The position numbers were made by a program, and so were the translations under genes. This document shows positions 9,811 to 21,520 of a DNA stretch of 44,924 bases, one piece after another (position 1 is the first letter of the stretch; each line of letters opens with the position of its first letter). The notes under the pieces were generated by a model that saw only the letters and a program-made list of their open reading frames with translations, was not told where the DNA came from and made no database searches. The stretch is from Nemertoderma westbladi. Taxonomy: Eukaryota > Animalia > Xenacoelomorpha. The DNA lies in the NCBI GenBank assembly GCA_032718475.1, contig JAUCBJ010004307.1:1-44924 (forward strand). Reading direction: 5' to 3'.

Positions 9811-11438
9811 ATCTGCTATATATGAGTTTATCCATATTATAATGAGTTTATATTTAGGCGAGCGGGCGTCGCTGCCTACCCCAATCAACCCCCGGACAGT
9901 ACGAGATCCTCAGCGCCGATGTGTCGTCGCCGCCGTACTTTCGCCAACGACGTAGCCGCACAACGACAACGACAACCGGCACAAGTCACTCGACTGTCCG
10001 TCCCAAAGGCTTAGATGTACTTCAGGTTTTCCTTGGAGAGTTAGGTTACTTTTACGATTGCGACTGGCTACTGTAAACACACCTTAGCAGTAACATTCAC
10101 CTATAAACTCACAAATACCACACACACAACTTGTCACAAATTACACACATTCGGGCCATTTGTCCGTTAGTCAATGCCTTCCAGAATGTCACTGTATTAG
10201 TATGTATCCTTGGATACTAGTAGTGCGCTATTTATTCCCTATGCTATTCAATGGGACAAGCTTTCTATTGTTCTTTTAACTCAATTCTAATTCTAGCGTG
10301 GTTGTTGCTATGGTGACATTATGCAAAGCTAGAGGTAGAATTAGGGTAGTTCCAATGCATACAGATCTGGGATGTTATTTAATAGTATTCTTTAATAGTC
10401 AATGTTCTGTTTTATACATGACTTTATGAATTTTATCGGCTATTGACTATGTTTGGGAGACTTTCACACACTCATACGCATGATAAGATAAATCTCCGCT
10501 CCCTTGATCTATTAATTAATGGAATTTTGGGAACTTTATAAATTGCGTAAAAATGGCAATTTATTAAATTCATTAAAAGGCATGAATTTAAATTTATTCC
10601 CTGAAATTTTATTATTTGATAATTAAATGGACATATTTTGATTCTAGAACATGTCTAGGGACACAAGATCCTTAATTCTATGACAATTGTCTTTTTTAAG
10701 AATATCGGTAAATGCTACGATATCTTAATTGACTAGAATTGTTGAAGGATCTGAATTTTACAAATTTTGATTTATTAGATTTGCAAATATTAAATAATTA
10801 ATATTTGAGATGGGCACCGATTTATTCCAGAACTTGTCTGGGGACGTTAACCACTGATTCTAGAAATTGTCTTTCAAGTATATCGGTGGGTGCCGCGATA
10901 TCTTAATCGACTAGAATTACAGATGGTCAAAGGGTTTAACAGATTTATTTTGCGTTATACGCTACTGTTAAAGGGACATCACGCTACTATATGTATTATT
11001 TAATATACGGTATGAGAGCAATATCGCACGAAGCAATGTCAGTGTGAAGAGGCAAGTCGTTTCCAAGGTCTACCCAGAGCTTGGTTTAGCCGAGACACGA
11101 GGATCTGAACTTTGCATTCCTAATACTCTGCCTACCAATAATACTTAAATATAGTAGTGGCTTTATTGTACTTTAATAAGTACGGCTATTTCATCTTACT
11201 GTAGTTACGTATTTATAATAGAATACGGGCAGTAAGGAAAGAGAAAAAATAATTATTTCTTCGCCGTCTCACTAAATATAATATAAGTGATTACGTACGT
11301 AATAAACACGAACATATGGCACTATTCTACTAAATTAAATAAAACGATTATAATAAAATTACATAGTAATACATACATAAATATAAAAATAATAATATAA
11401 TATAAAATAATCGAGTCACACGCCCACTCCGAACGATA

Positions 11439-12255
11439 TTAAGTTGGGGAGTCCCTAGATGTCGGTTGGATTAGGGAAGTGGTCGTGGGAAGAGTTTCTT
11501 GCCTTCCATAGTTTCCGGAGAGCTCTCTGTCTCTTTCCAGCAAACATAAACGACCCACTGGGCGATTGAGCTGTTGAGTCTCAAAGACTATCCCTGGTTT
11601 CTTAAAGTTCCGCCGCATGACGACGAGCTCTACTGATCGCACCAAACCATCGCTCGAGATATAAGTCTCGATGATACGTCCTGTTTGCCATCGCTTACGT
11701 GGGAGATCGGGGTCCACAATAAGCACCATGTCTCCAGCGCTGACGTTTTCTTGCTGCGCAAACCACTTAGTTCGAAGTTGTAGAGTGGGCAGGTAATGTT
11801 TCTCGAAATGGTCAGCGAAACGACGGGATAGCAACTGCATAAGTTGCCAGGTTCGACGGCAGTACTCGTCTCCGTCTGTGATCTCCGATCGTGGGAGCAT
11901 GGCTACGGGTTTCTTCAGTAGAAAGTGCGCGGGTGTTAGCGCTTCCAGGGAATCCGGACTTGAAGAGACTGGCATAAGCGGTCTTTCGTTGAGATAGGCG
12001 GCGATTTCCTCCATTAACGTCCGCAATAGTTCGTCGGTGAGATAAGCGCGACAAGGTACAATAAAGTGGAACGCAGTCTTCACGCTCCTAATCAATCTCT
12101 CCCAACTTCCTCCCCACCAAGGGGCGTCGGCGGCGTTGAAGGTCCAGCTAGACGCTGTTATCCTTAGCTGATCGTCCACCTGTCTTTTGTTCCAGTCCTT
12201 TACGTAAGCTTGAATTTCGTTGTTGGCGCCAATGAAGTTCGTTCCCTTATCCGAT
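11439..12255 (-). pseudogene. pol: 5'-truncated BEL/Pao integrase (core remainder plus DUF5641-like C-terminus)
   Basis: SDKGTNFIGA (second catalytic D), APWWGGSWERLIRSVK (catalytic E), LNERPL, ALTPAHFL, YLPTLQLRTKW and W..GRI......DGLVRSV. It is fused directly to the truncated LTR at 12256. Confidence 0.92.
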
Positions 12256-13437
12256 CTTTTTAGCCTATGACAAGTATTTGATTCACTACACTAGTCGAAA
12301 CCAATCTGTGCGCGGCCATTCACCCGCTGGATATTCCCGGGAGATTGGGTTCGACGGTTTAATTTTATTGCTATGTAAGCCTAATGTATTATTCGACTGA
12401 CAGTATTATATAATCTCTGACAATATTATTCACCTTCGGGAATATTAACAGTTCCTTTAGGACGTGGCGCTTTATCTATATAAACAGAGTTATGACTTAA
12501 ACTACTCACAACGATATGGCTCAATTATAATTCACATATATGGCGCATTCTTTAGGAATTGCTTCTTTAACAGACTCACTCATACACAATGCTGCACAAT
12601 ACTGCACACTAATCTGCCAATCTTCACTGATTTTAGTCACATATAAAAGGAACACAGACTGACTCATGTAGGGTCTATCAAATAACATTAGATTCACTTC
12701 AAACCACTTTAACATAAGTCACAATCGTTATTGGTAACCTTTCTCTCTTACCTTCGGTATATCAAGAATATTGGGTTTTCGGGGTTATTTCTCGTTATTC
12801 CAAATATAATAATTCATCAACCATATTATGAAGAACTGACAGTAAATAGCAGTATAACAATATAAAGTATGCACAGTGTTACACAGTATGCAGTGTATGC
12901 AGTACTGCAGTATGCAGTGATTACGAAATTGCAGTTAAAGGATATATGTCCTTATAATTAAACCTACTAGTGTTGAGCTAAAAAGCAGAAAGCACAAAAC
13001 ACTACAAAGCCGTTCTTTCGTGGCTTTGAAAAACTCGTGACTACTGCTCTATACAAGGATACCAACTACCCTTATTCCACGAAGCTCCCGTTCAACACAG
13101 AGAAAGAGCAGTGAGATAGGAAAATTTCAGTTCAGTAGCTCTGTGATAGGTCAAAATCAAAGCTAACTCAAATTCTATTGGGAGATACAGAAAGTTGCAA
13201 CGTGGCAATATCAGCCGTTAGCCGTCGTCATGGTAGCGACACTGTTTTCAAGAGTATCGAGCCTTTTACGTCACGAAATTACAGATTATGTCCTCTAAAG
13301 TACAAATACAGAAGAAATGGCTTTTATGTCCTCCAAAACACCAGTACAGCAAGGACACGGCCTTTTTATGCCTGGTAAACCAACCACAGAGTACTTTACG
13401 GGGATAATAACCGGCTAATTACGCAAAGGCTTTTACA
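12256..13437 (-). repeat. Outer 5' LTR of element A, missing the last 67 bp of U5
   Basis: Matches 7223-8404. I noticed only one substitution by eye (gcgAcc vs gcgGcc). Confidence 0.93.
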
Positions 13438-14143
13438 GCTACTCCTATCTGCTACCCGAAGGTAGGGGTGGACGCTACTCCTATCTGCTACCCGAAGGTA
13501 GGGGTGGGTGCTACTCCTATCTGCTACCTGAAGGTAGGGGTGGGCGCTATTCCTATCTGCTACCCGAAGGTAGGGGTGGGTGCTACTCCTATCTGCTACC
13601 TGAAGGTAGGGGTGGGCGCTATTCCTATTTGCTACCCTAAGGTAGGGCTGGGCGCTACTCCTATCTACTACCCTAAGGTAGGGGGGGGGGGGGCTGCTCC
13701 TATCTGCTACCGGAAGGTAGGGGTGGGCGCTACTCCTATCTGCTACCCGAAGGTAGGGGTGGGCGCTACTCCTATCGGATACCCGAAGGTAGGGGTGAGC
13801 GCTACTCCTATCTGCTACCCGAAGGTAGGGGTGGGCGCTACTCCTATCTGATACCCGAAGGTAGGGGTGGGCGCTACTCCTATCTGCTACCCGAAGGTAG
13901 GGGTGGGCGCTACTCCTATCTGATACCCGAAGGTAGGGGTGGGCGCTACTCCTATCTGATACCCGAAGGTAGGGGTGGGCGCTACTCCTATCTGCTACCC
14001 TAAGGTAGGGGTGTGCCGGTGGGCGCTACTCCTATCTGCTACCCTAAGGTAGGGGTGGGCGCTACTCCTATCTGATACCCGAAGGTAGGGGTGGGCGCTA
14101 CTCCTATCTGCTACCCTAAGGTATGCTTTGACGCTACTCCTAT
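13438..14143. repeat. 36-bp minisatellite (gctactcctatctgctacccgaaggtaggggtgggc), about 19 copies
   Basis: Direct periodicity. Element A is inserted at its left edge. Confidence 0.95.
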
Positions 14144-14261
14144 CCCTTTTTTGGCTCACATTTATTCAACTGGACCTCATTTTATCGACCCTACGCGATG
14201 AAAGGCTGCTGAGTGAAATCTGGCGGGGCTCGCGGCTCTCAACCAGCTGAGCTACCCCGCC
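14144..14261 (-). mobile_element. tRNA-derived SINE fragment
   Basis: The minus strand begins GGCGGGGTAGCTCAGCTGGTTGAGAGC (tRNA 5' half, A-box) with remnant GAGCCCCGCCA. It is followed by CAGCCTTTCATCG..GGGTCGATAAAATGAG, resembling the conserved central domain shared by several metazoan SINE families (recalled, not searched). Confidence 0.65.
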
Positions 14262-14318
14262 TTATTCAATAAGGGTAATTTCTAAGCAGTGACGTTATTG
14301 TTATTTACTTTATTTCAG

Positions 14319-14950
14319 AACTTCAAAGACGGGCAAATAGAGCGCATCATTGAGGATGCTTTTGAAGCTTCATTCAATGGAGATATGTCTATTACTGATA
14401 TTCTTGATGAAATCCCCACTATGATAAATTCTAACCTATTCAAGGACCACAAATTAACCTTGTATACGATGTTTACAAGCATATTAAATATGGTTGAATC
14501 AAACACCACTAGTTTAGAAGTTTTCCGTAATTTTATGAACGACAAAATAATTCCAAAATACGGAACCTGGGCAGGGTTACCCAATGGAAATCCATCCGAT
14601 CTGGAGGAATTACTCGGCATTACGGATATACAAAATACAATCGGATTGTTATTTTACAGTATACAGTTTTCATACACCCCTTATGTCGAACCATACAAAT
14701 CCCTTCCGACGACATCTGGTATTCTCAAAGAATTTACTTCCATGCTAAGCAATAATGGGTCCATCACTCAGCAACAATATAAATACATGCTTCTTGGTTG
14801 CTTTGCTTGCAAATTCGACTCCAGCGGTGAAACTTTCCGCAAGATATTAAATTTAGCTACAGATGCTCATTCTGATTCAAATAATACAATTCAAGTGATA
14901 CAGCTGCTAAGAATTCTTGCTTGCACTCAAGATGGGGATCAATTGAACAG
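14319..14950 (+). CDS. Host gene internal exon: M1 aminopeptidase (aminopeptidase N/ERAP1-like C-terminal domain)
   Basis: Acceptor ttatttactttatttcag| and donor AG|gtaaga around an open 210-codon frame. It ends LLRILACTQDGDQLNR, resembling the L..L.C......L.R.L motif of APN C-terminal domains. Confidence 0.75.
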
Positions 14951-14972
14951 GTAAGATAAACTGAGGTGTTCG

Positions 14973-15031
14973 GGTACTGTATTTAAGATTGAGATGCATG
15001 GCCAATGCATCTCAATCTTAACTACAGTACC
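14973..15031. repeat. Near-perfect 59-bp hairpin (27-bp arms, 1 mismatch)
   Basis: ggtactgtatttaagattgagatgcat - ggcca - atgcatctcaatcttaactacagtacc. Confidence 0.9.
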
Positions 15032-15614
15032 AGTAGTACAGTAGTAGATTAGGAACAAGACTAGGCTACAAGAATAATGTGTTGTACGGATATATGTATT
15101 ATTATATTACTGTGTGTTCAACAACAGATATCATCAATTTTATGATGTTTTATTAGGATCTGCTCTCTAGCGATCTTATATATCTTTCTATTGCATGGAA
15201 AAACAAATAGAGCTTTATTTCCCGTCGAGATATATTTGCCGAGCGTAATAGATAAACGGGAGATAAATATATTATAAAGCTGGACTCGACTTACAATGCA
15301 ATATCTTACAGACACTGCGAGATTCGGATAAGACATGAATGTAACTTATGTTCAAACAAGCTTATTAGCTCTGTGTTAGTTCATTTTTGTTTCATCTTCG
15401 CATATTATTTATAGAGGAATCACCAAAAGGTTTTGACAATAGGTTTTGGCAAAAGGCCGTGAGTGCCGTACAGAATCTGCAGTTGTTTTACGACCGTATA
15501 CGGCCACCGTAAGGAATCGGATGCTTACCTTACCAGTGAACGACGAAGATGCCACTAAATGTAACATTATGGTTTTGTTCAGAAGTGGAAAAAATGAGAA
15601 AGCGCGTCACCGGG

Positions 15615-15679
15615 GGTTGAACCAGCGCTATACGTACGTTTCTGGTCAGGCGTCATCAGTAGCGCTAACCAGTTCAACC
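15615..15679 (-). ncRNA. Minimal type-I hammerhead-ribozyme-like motif (stem II degenerate) within a tRNA-box-like repeat
   Basis: Minus strand: agcgcta CTGATGA cgcctgacca GAAA c-gtac-g TA tagcgct. Stem I is 7 bp, extended by ggttgaac/gttcaacc, and loop III is a palindromic GTAC. Confidence 0.6.
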
Positions 15680-15882
15680 ATTAGCCCCTGACACTCACAC
15701 TCCCACCAAATCCACTTCTATTGAGCGGGCATTCTAACAGCGGACCTAACGGCCTCAAGTATGCTAAGAGTGAAACAGGAGGGAAGTACAAATAAATAAA
15801 TATTGAAACTGTAATTAAAGGTGTAATATTATGGTTTTGTTCAGAAGTGGAAAAAATGAGAAAGCGTTGAAAGGGTTGAACC

Positions 15883-16168
15883 GAAATACCAGTGTATAGT
15901 GGCCTATTAGTATCACACAAAAATACAAATTAAATAAAAAATAATAAAATCTAATAAACAAATTTAAATATTTTATTTTTATGAATTTTTTTTATTTTTA
16001 TTATTTTTTCTTCATTATTTTTATATTTAATTAATTAAATAATTTTTTCTTTTTATGAAATATTTGAAATAAATTTTTTACATTTTTTAATTTAATTTTA
16101 TTTGTTTTATAATTTAATTTGTATTTTTGTGTGATACTCATGAGCCACCATACACTGACTAGTATTTC
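15883..16168. mobile_element. Foldback/MITE-like element with ~45-50-bp imperfect inverted arms around an AT-rich core
   Basis: Left arm cagtgtatagtggcctattagtatcacacaaaaatacaaattaaat versus reverse complement of the right arm cagtgtatggtggctcatgagtatcacacaaaaatacaaattaaat. Confidence 0.7.
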
Positions 16169-16399
16169 AGACTGTTATTTTACATAAAGATTATAATTAA
16201 TTATAGGCCTTCACAATGCAAAAAGGTGTAGACAGTGCCGTACGGCAACCGGATCGAATAGAAATGTTTTCTATCTAAGTTTTTTTATCTGAAAAATTCG
16301 AAAAAATTAAATGGGGTGTTATTTTTTGCAGCAACAAAATTTCAAGTAATAAACAATTTTCAGAAAAATTTAAATTTACAATTTTCAGCTAATCTTTTT

Positions 16400-17280
16400 T
16401 CAATATAGGTTTTCTAGGCCACTGATTCGATTGGAAGATATTTAAAATGATCTAATTACTATAAATGGCAGTTTTACTCCTTTACGTAGGCAAAAAAAAA
16501 TGTAAACAGAAAAACAAGTAAGAACCACTTTTCAGTTTGAAGACAAAACTTTAATTGACTTAAACGAAGCTACCTGTATAAGCTATAAAATTAACATTTT
16601 TAGGTTTTCTGGGGCGCTGATAGTAATGGAATACATTTCTAATTTTCTAGAGCTACTCGTATTTTTCGGCGTAATGTGGCACAGTTTGGTCCTAGCTACA
16701 AATTTCGTAACCATCATCAAAAAGTACAAATTTGAGATTGCGATTGGTCATTGGTCATTGGCCATTGGCCATTGGCCATTGGCCATTGATCAGTGCTGTT
16801 TTTATGGATTCCATCCGATTCAGGACCCTAATAAACCCGTATAACGCAAGAAACAAGATGATACTATCTATTGATCAGTTTTCTTATTTTCAAAAATTTA
16901 GTGCTGGCACAAAAAATTTCCACACGCCACCGAAATATACAAGTTTGAGAACTCGTATGCAATTTTTACTTATTCCATTGAATTCAGAACCCTCACAAAC
17001 CCGTATAACACAAGTAACAAGGTGACTCAATCAATTGATATATTTGATGGGTTTCAAAATTACAATTTCGTGCTAGCACCAAATTTTACACCCACTTTCG
17101 TAAAATACAAGTTTGAGATGTCTAGTTATATAATTATTTATCCCATTGAATTCAGAACCGCCATAAACCTCTCAAAATAATTGTCACAATCAATTTAACT
17201 ATTGAATGGATTTTCAAAATTTCGTGCTGGCAGCAAATTCTGCACACAGCACCGAAAAATACAACTTTGAAACGCCTTGT
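16400..17280. repeat. Old ~170-190-bp degenerate repeats in inverted arrangement around a (CATTGGC)n tract
   Basis: ccattgaattcagaacc near 16975 and 17144, with a related unit near 16815. Reverse-oriented taggttttct...ctgat units lie near 16407 and 16601, and the 7-bp repeat is at about 16744-16788. Confidence 0.5.
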
Positions 17281-17294
17281 GCAACTCGTATATC

Positions 17295-20292
17295 CATGAG
17301 ATCTGGGGGCGCTATGTTGCTGGGTCCGTCGGCACTGTGAGTGGCTGACATTGAGGTCTGGGGGCGCTATGTTACTGGGACAGCCGGCACTGTGTGTGGC
17401 TGACATTGAGATCTGGGGGCGCTATGTTGCTGGGACAGCCGGCACTGTGTGTGGCTGACCTTGAGATCTGGGGGCGCTATGTTACTGGGACAGCCGGCAC
17501 TGTGTGTGGCTGATCTTGAGATCTGGGGGTGTTATGTTACTGGGACAGCCGGCACTGTGTGTGGCTGACCTTGAGATCTGGGGGCGCTATGTTACTGGGA
17601 CAGCCGGCACTGTGTGTGGCTGACATTGAGATCTGGGGGCGCTATGTTACTGGGACAGCCGGCACTGTGTGTGGCTGACCTTGAGATCTGGGGGCGCTAT
17701 GTTACTGGGACAGCCGGCACTGTGTGTGGCTGACCTTGAGATCTGGGGGCGCTATGTTACTGGGACAGCCGGCACTGTGTGTGGCTGACATTGAGGTCTG
17801 GGGGCGCTATGTTACTGGGACAGCCGGCACTGTGTGTGGCTGACATTGAGATCTGGGGGCGCTATGTTACTGGGACAGCCGGCACTGTGTGTGGCTGACC
17901 TTGAGATCTGGGGGCGCTATGTTACTGGGACAGCCGGCACTGTGTGTGGCTGACCTTGAGATCTGGGGGCGCTATGTTACTGGGACAGCCGGCACTGTGT
18001 GTGGCTGACCTTGAGATCTGGGGGCGCTATGTTACTGGGACAGCCGGCACTGTGTGTGGCTGACATTGAGATCTGGGGGCGCTATGTTACTGGGACAGCC
18101 GGCACTGTGTGTGGCTGACCTTGAGATCTGGGGGCGCTATGTTACTGGGACAGCCGGCACTGTGTGTGGCTGACATTGAGATCTGGGGGCGCTATGTTAC
18201 TGGGACAGCCGGCACTGTGTGTGGCTGACCTTGAGATCTGGGGGCGCTATGTTACTGGGACAGCCGGCACTGTGTGTGGCTGACATGAGATCTGGGGGCG
18301 CTATGTTACTGGGACAGCCGGCACTGTGTGTGGCTGACCTTGAGATCTGGGGGCGCTTATGTTACTGGGACAGCCGGCACTGTGTGTGGCTGACAGTGAG
18401 ATCTGGGGGCGCTATGTTACTGGGACAGCCGGCACTGTGTGTGGCTGACCTTGAGATCTGGGGGTGCTATGTTACTGGGACAGCCGGCACTGTGTGTGGC
18501 TGACCATTGAGATCTGGGGGCGCTATGTTACTGGGACAGCCGGCACTATGTGTGGCTGACCTTGAGATCTGGGGGCGCTATGTTACTGGGACAGCCGGCA
18601 CTGTGTGTGGCTGACGTGAGATCTGGGGGCGCTATGTTACTGGGACAGCCGGCACTGTGTGTGGCTGACCTTGAGATCTGGGGGCGCTATGTTACTGGGA
18701 CAGCCGGCACTGTGTGTGGCTGACCGCGAGATCTGGAACGCTATGTTGCTGGGCCCGTCGGCACTGTGTGTGGCTGACCGCGAGATCTGGGGCCGCTATT
18801 TTGCTGGGTCCGTCGGCACTGTGTGTGTGTGGCTGACCATGAGATCTGGGTGTGCCATGCTGCTGGGTCCGCCGGCACTGTATGTGTCGCTGACCGTGAG
18901 ATCTGGGGGTGCCATGTTGCTGGGTCCGTCGGCACTGTGTGTGGCTGACAGCGAGATCTGGGGCCGCTATGGTGCTGGGTCCATCGGCACTGTATGTGTG
19001 GCTGACCATGAGATCTGGCGGCGATATGTTACTGGGTCGTCGGCACTGTGTGTGTGTGGCTGTATTATTACGAACTGTAAAATGTTTAACTTATCCAATA
19101 TAATCAATAAACATATAAATGATAAAAATAATAATACAAGCCAAACCCCATCACCCGAACACTGTATATCAATCGCCTCTTGAATAGGATCCAACAGCTG
19201 TTAACCTATAGTATAACCACCACCAGATACATACAGTTAGTAGTTCATTTAGTTCATTTGGCACATAATACCAAACTAGTTAGTATGATACCACAGTGGC
19301 TGACCATGAGATCTCGGGGTGCAATGTTGCTGGGTCCGGCGGCACTGTATGTGTGGCTGACCGTGAGATCTGGGGCCGCTTATGGTGCTGGGTCCATCGG
19401 CACTGTGTGTGGCTGACCGCGAGATCTGGAGTCGCTATGTTACTGGGTCCGTCGGCACTGTGTATGGCTGACCATGAGATCTGGGAGTGCAATGTTGCTG
19501 GGTCCGCCGGCACTGTATGTGTGGCTGACCATGAGATCTGGGGGTGCTATGTTACTGGGTCCGTCGGCAGTATGTATGGCTGAACGTGAGATCTGGAGTC
19601 GCTATGTTACTGGGTCCGTCGGCACTGTGTGTGGCTGAACGTGAGATCTGGAACGCTATGTTGCTGGGTCCGTCGGCACTGTGTGTGGCTGACCATGAGA
19701 TCTGGGGGCGCTATGTTGCTGGGTCCGCCGGCACTGTGTGTGGCTGACCGCGAGATCTGGAACGCTATGTTGCTGGGCCCGTCGGCACTGTGTGTGGCTG
19801 ACCGCGAGATCTGGGGCCGCTATGTTGCTGGGTCCGTCGGCACTGTGTGTGTGTGGCTGACCATGAGATCTGGGTGTGCCATGCTGCTGGGTCCGCCGGC
19901 ACTGTATGTGTCGCTGACCGTGAGATCTGGGGGTGCAATGTTGCTGGGTCCGCCGGCACTGTATGTGTGGCTGACCATGAGATCTGGGGGTGCTATGTTA
20001 CTGGGTCCGTCGGCAGTGTGTATGGCTGAACGTGAGATCTGGAACGCTATGTTGCTGGGTCCGTCGGCACTGTGTGTGGCTGACCGCGAGATCTGGGGCC
20101 GCTATGTTGCTGGGTCCGTCGGCACTGTGTGTGGCTGACCGCGAGATCTGGGGGCGCTATGTTGCTGGGTCCGTCGGCACTGTGTGTGGCTGACCGCGAG
20201 ATCTGGGGCCGCTATGTTGCTGGGTCCGTCGGCACTGTGTTTGGCTGACCGCGAGATCTGATAGCGCTATGTTGCTGGGTCGGCCGGCACTG
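17295..20292. repeat. ~55-bp GC-rich minisatellite (gagatctgggggcgctatgttactgggacagccggcactgtgtgtggctgacctt), about 50 copies, interrupted at 19061-19295
   Basis: Period 55 (e.g. 17408, 17463). Homogeneous to about 18720, with more diverged 53-58-bp units to the right. Confidence 0.95.
19061..19295. mobile_element. Solo LTR (235 bp) of an unrelated LTR retrotransposon
   Basis: Starts TGTATT, ends CCACA, and is flanked by the 5-bp direct repeat GTGGC (19056-19060, 19296-19300). Removing it restores one minisatellite unit. Confidence 0.8.
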
Positions 20293-21224
20293 CACATTAG
20301 TGCAATTCGATCATTATCATCATTATAATTAGTATTATTATAGAAATAATAGTAATATTATAACTATTTAAGTATTATAATCTTTGTTTCAAGTATTTTT
20401 ATCGTAGTGCCATTTATTGGATAGCTATGAAATAAAATAAAATACCGAAATTAAATAAGAAGATCACACCACAAGAAATTGGAACTACTAAAAAGTTGGA
20501 TGCTATACCAAAGAAGGAAACATTAAGATATGATACAGTATTATCTTCACATCAAGATGTCATGGAATCAGTATGATTTCGTTCGTAGCTATACTATCCA
20601 TCAGATTAAAATGTTAAATTGCATAGGAATAAGATCCTGTTGAAAGTCTCTTGCGTGGCAACAAAATTGTGTATTAGGGTTCAGTTCTGTTGAAGATCTC
20701 CGAATTCTAAAGGGGAATAAGGCATGGTCTGCATTAAATAAACTATCACGAATATGGAAATCACAATGAAAAATAACTTCTATGACAGTAAATATATTCC
20801 GGGCAGCAGTATAGCACATGCTCTGATATACGGCAGTAGTCCCAGTTGGGACCCAGTTGGGTCTTAGTGTAGAAGGCACCAAATACATTGAAGGTACTGT
20901 ACGTACGTGCACCAGGATGCTGCAAGGGTTCATGGCTTAAAATACATTGCACACGTATTATCTCGGTCCAGTGCCACTAAAGGCACCGTATTATATCGGT
21001 GATAACTGGTTGGTGAGTTGTGGTGAGCCGGTGAAAATCTACAACCTGTGGCAATAGATGGGTTTTAGGCTGCAATGACTCATTGCGAACACTGGATGTG
21101 ATGCGTTGAAGACGCTACATCTAAGACTAAGAGTTGCGAACTCATATTGAGTAGTGGGAGTAAGTTGATACAAGACTTGGTCGGTCTGGAATTAATCTAA
21201 CTAATTGGTTTATTTTTGTCATAG

Positions 21225-21386
21225 AGTGTTGGCGATGATGTTTAAAATCACATTTTCAATAACAAACACCGAAATTATGAATCCCGACTTCGTTCAATCG
21301 TTGCTACAAATATCTTTCTTTGACAATACTCAAATGCTGAGAAAGGGGCTGCTTAGATATTGGGAAGACATAGAAAAAACAACTAG
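21225..21386 (+). CDS. Host aminopeptidase gene, penultimate coding exon
   Basis: Acceptor tttatttttgtcatag| and donor AG|gttagt. Phase 2/2 joins in frame: ...QLNR-VLAMMFK...GLLRYWEDIEKTT. Confidence 0.7.
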
Positions 21387-21520
21387 GTTAGTTAAATATC
21401 CATAAATGTATGCAAAGTGGATAAAAAGTGGGGGCATGTTTGCAGTCAGGTGTACCCTACACCAGCCATATCCATACGCCCTTATCGAGACTTTCAACCA
21501 TACAGTAAGTAAGTGGTATC

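Larger units (their letters stand above)
1..13437 (-). mobile_element. BEL/Pao LTR retrotransposon, element A. Tandem structure: truncated LTR, deleted internal unit, shared LTR, then a second internal unit that runs off the left edge
   Basis: Near-identical LTR copies at 7156-8404 and 12256-13437 (offset 5033). Gag has three BEL-type Cys/His knuckles and an LLDSGS protease motif; an integrase fragment has the Pao-type APWWGGSWERLI motif. The outer end TTTTACA (13437) abuts a 36-bp minisatellite. The other end and the TSD are outside the window. Confidence 0.95.

Noticed and set aside
12250-12262. LTR-integrase junction as a spliced (intron-lost) copy
   Set aside because: The removed sequence begins CGATTT on the sense strand, not GT.
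13468-13851. 127-aa ORF of ATPICYPKVGVG repeats
   Set aside because: In-frame reading of the 36-bp minisatellite with a non-ATG start and stops in later units.
14222-14261. Possible tRNA gene (GGCGGGG...CCCCGCCA)
   Set aside because: Only about 40 nt, with anticodon and T arms missing. It is followed by SINE-like body, so I treat it as a SINE head.
17408-17425. GGGGGCGCTA in each 55-bp unit as a CTCF array
   Set aside because: Only the 3' half matches. The conserved CC..YAG part reads gatctg.
17152-20193. ORFs over the 55-bp array, and its possible reading as a CRISPR array
   Set aside because: The units are contiguous with no unique spacers, there are no cas genes and the context is eukaryotic. 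The ORFs are repeat translations.
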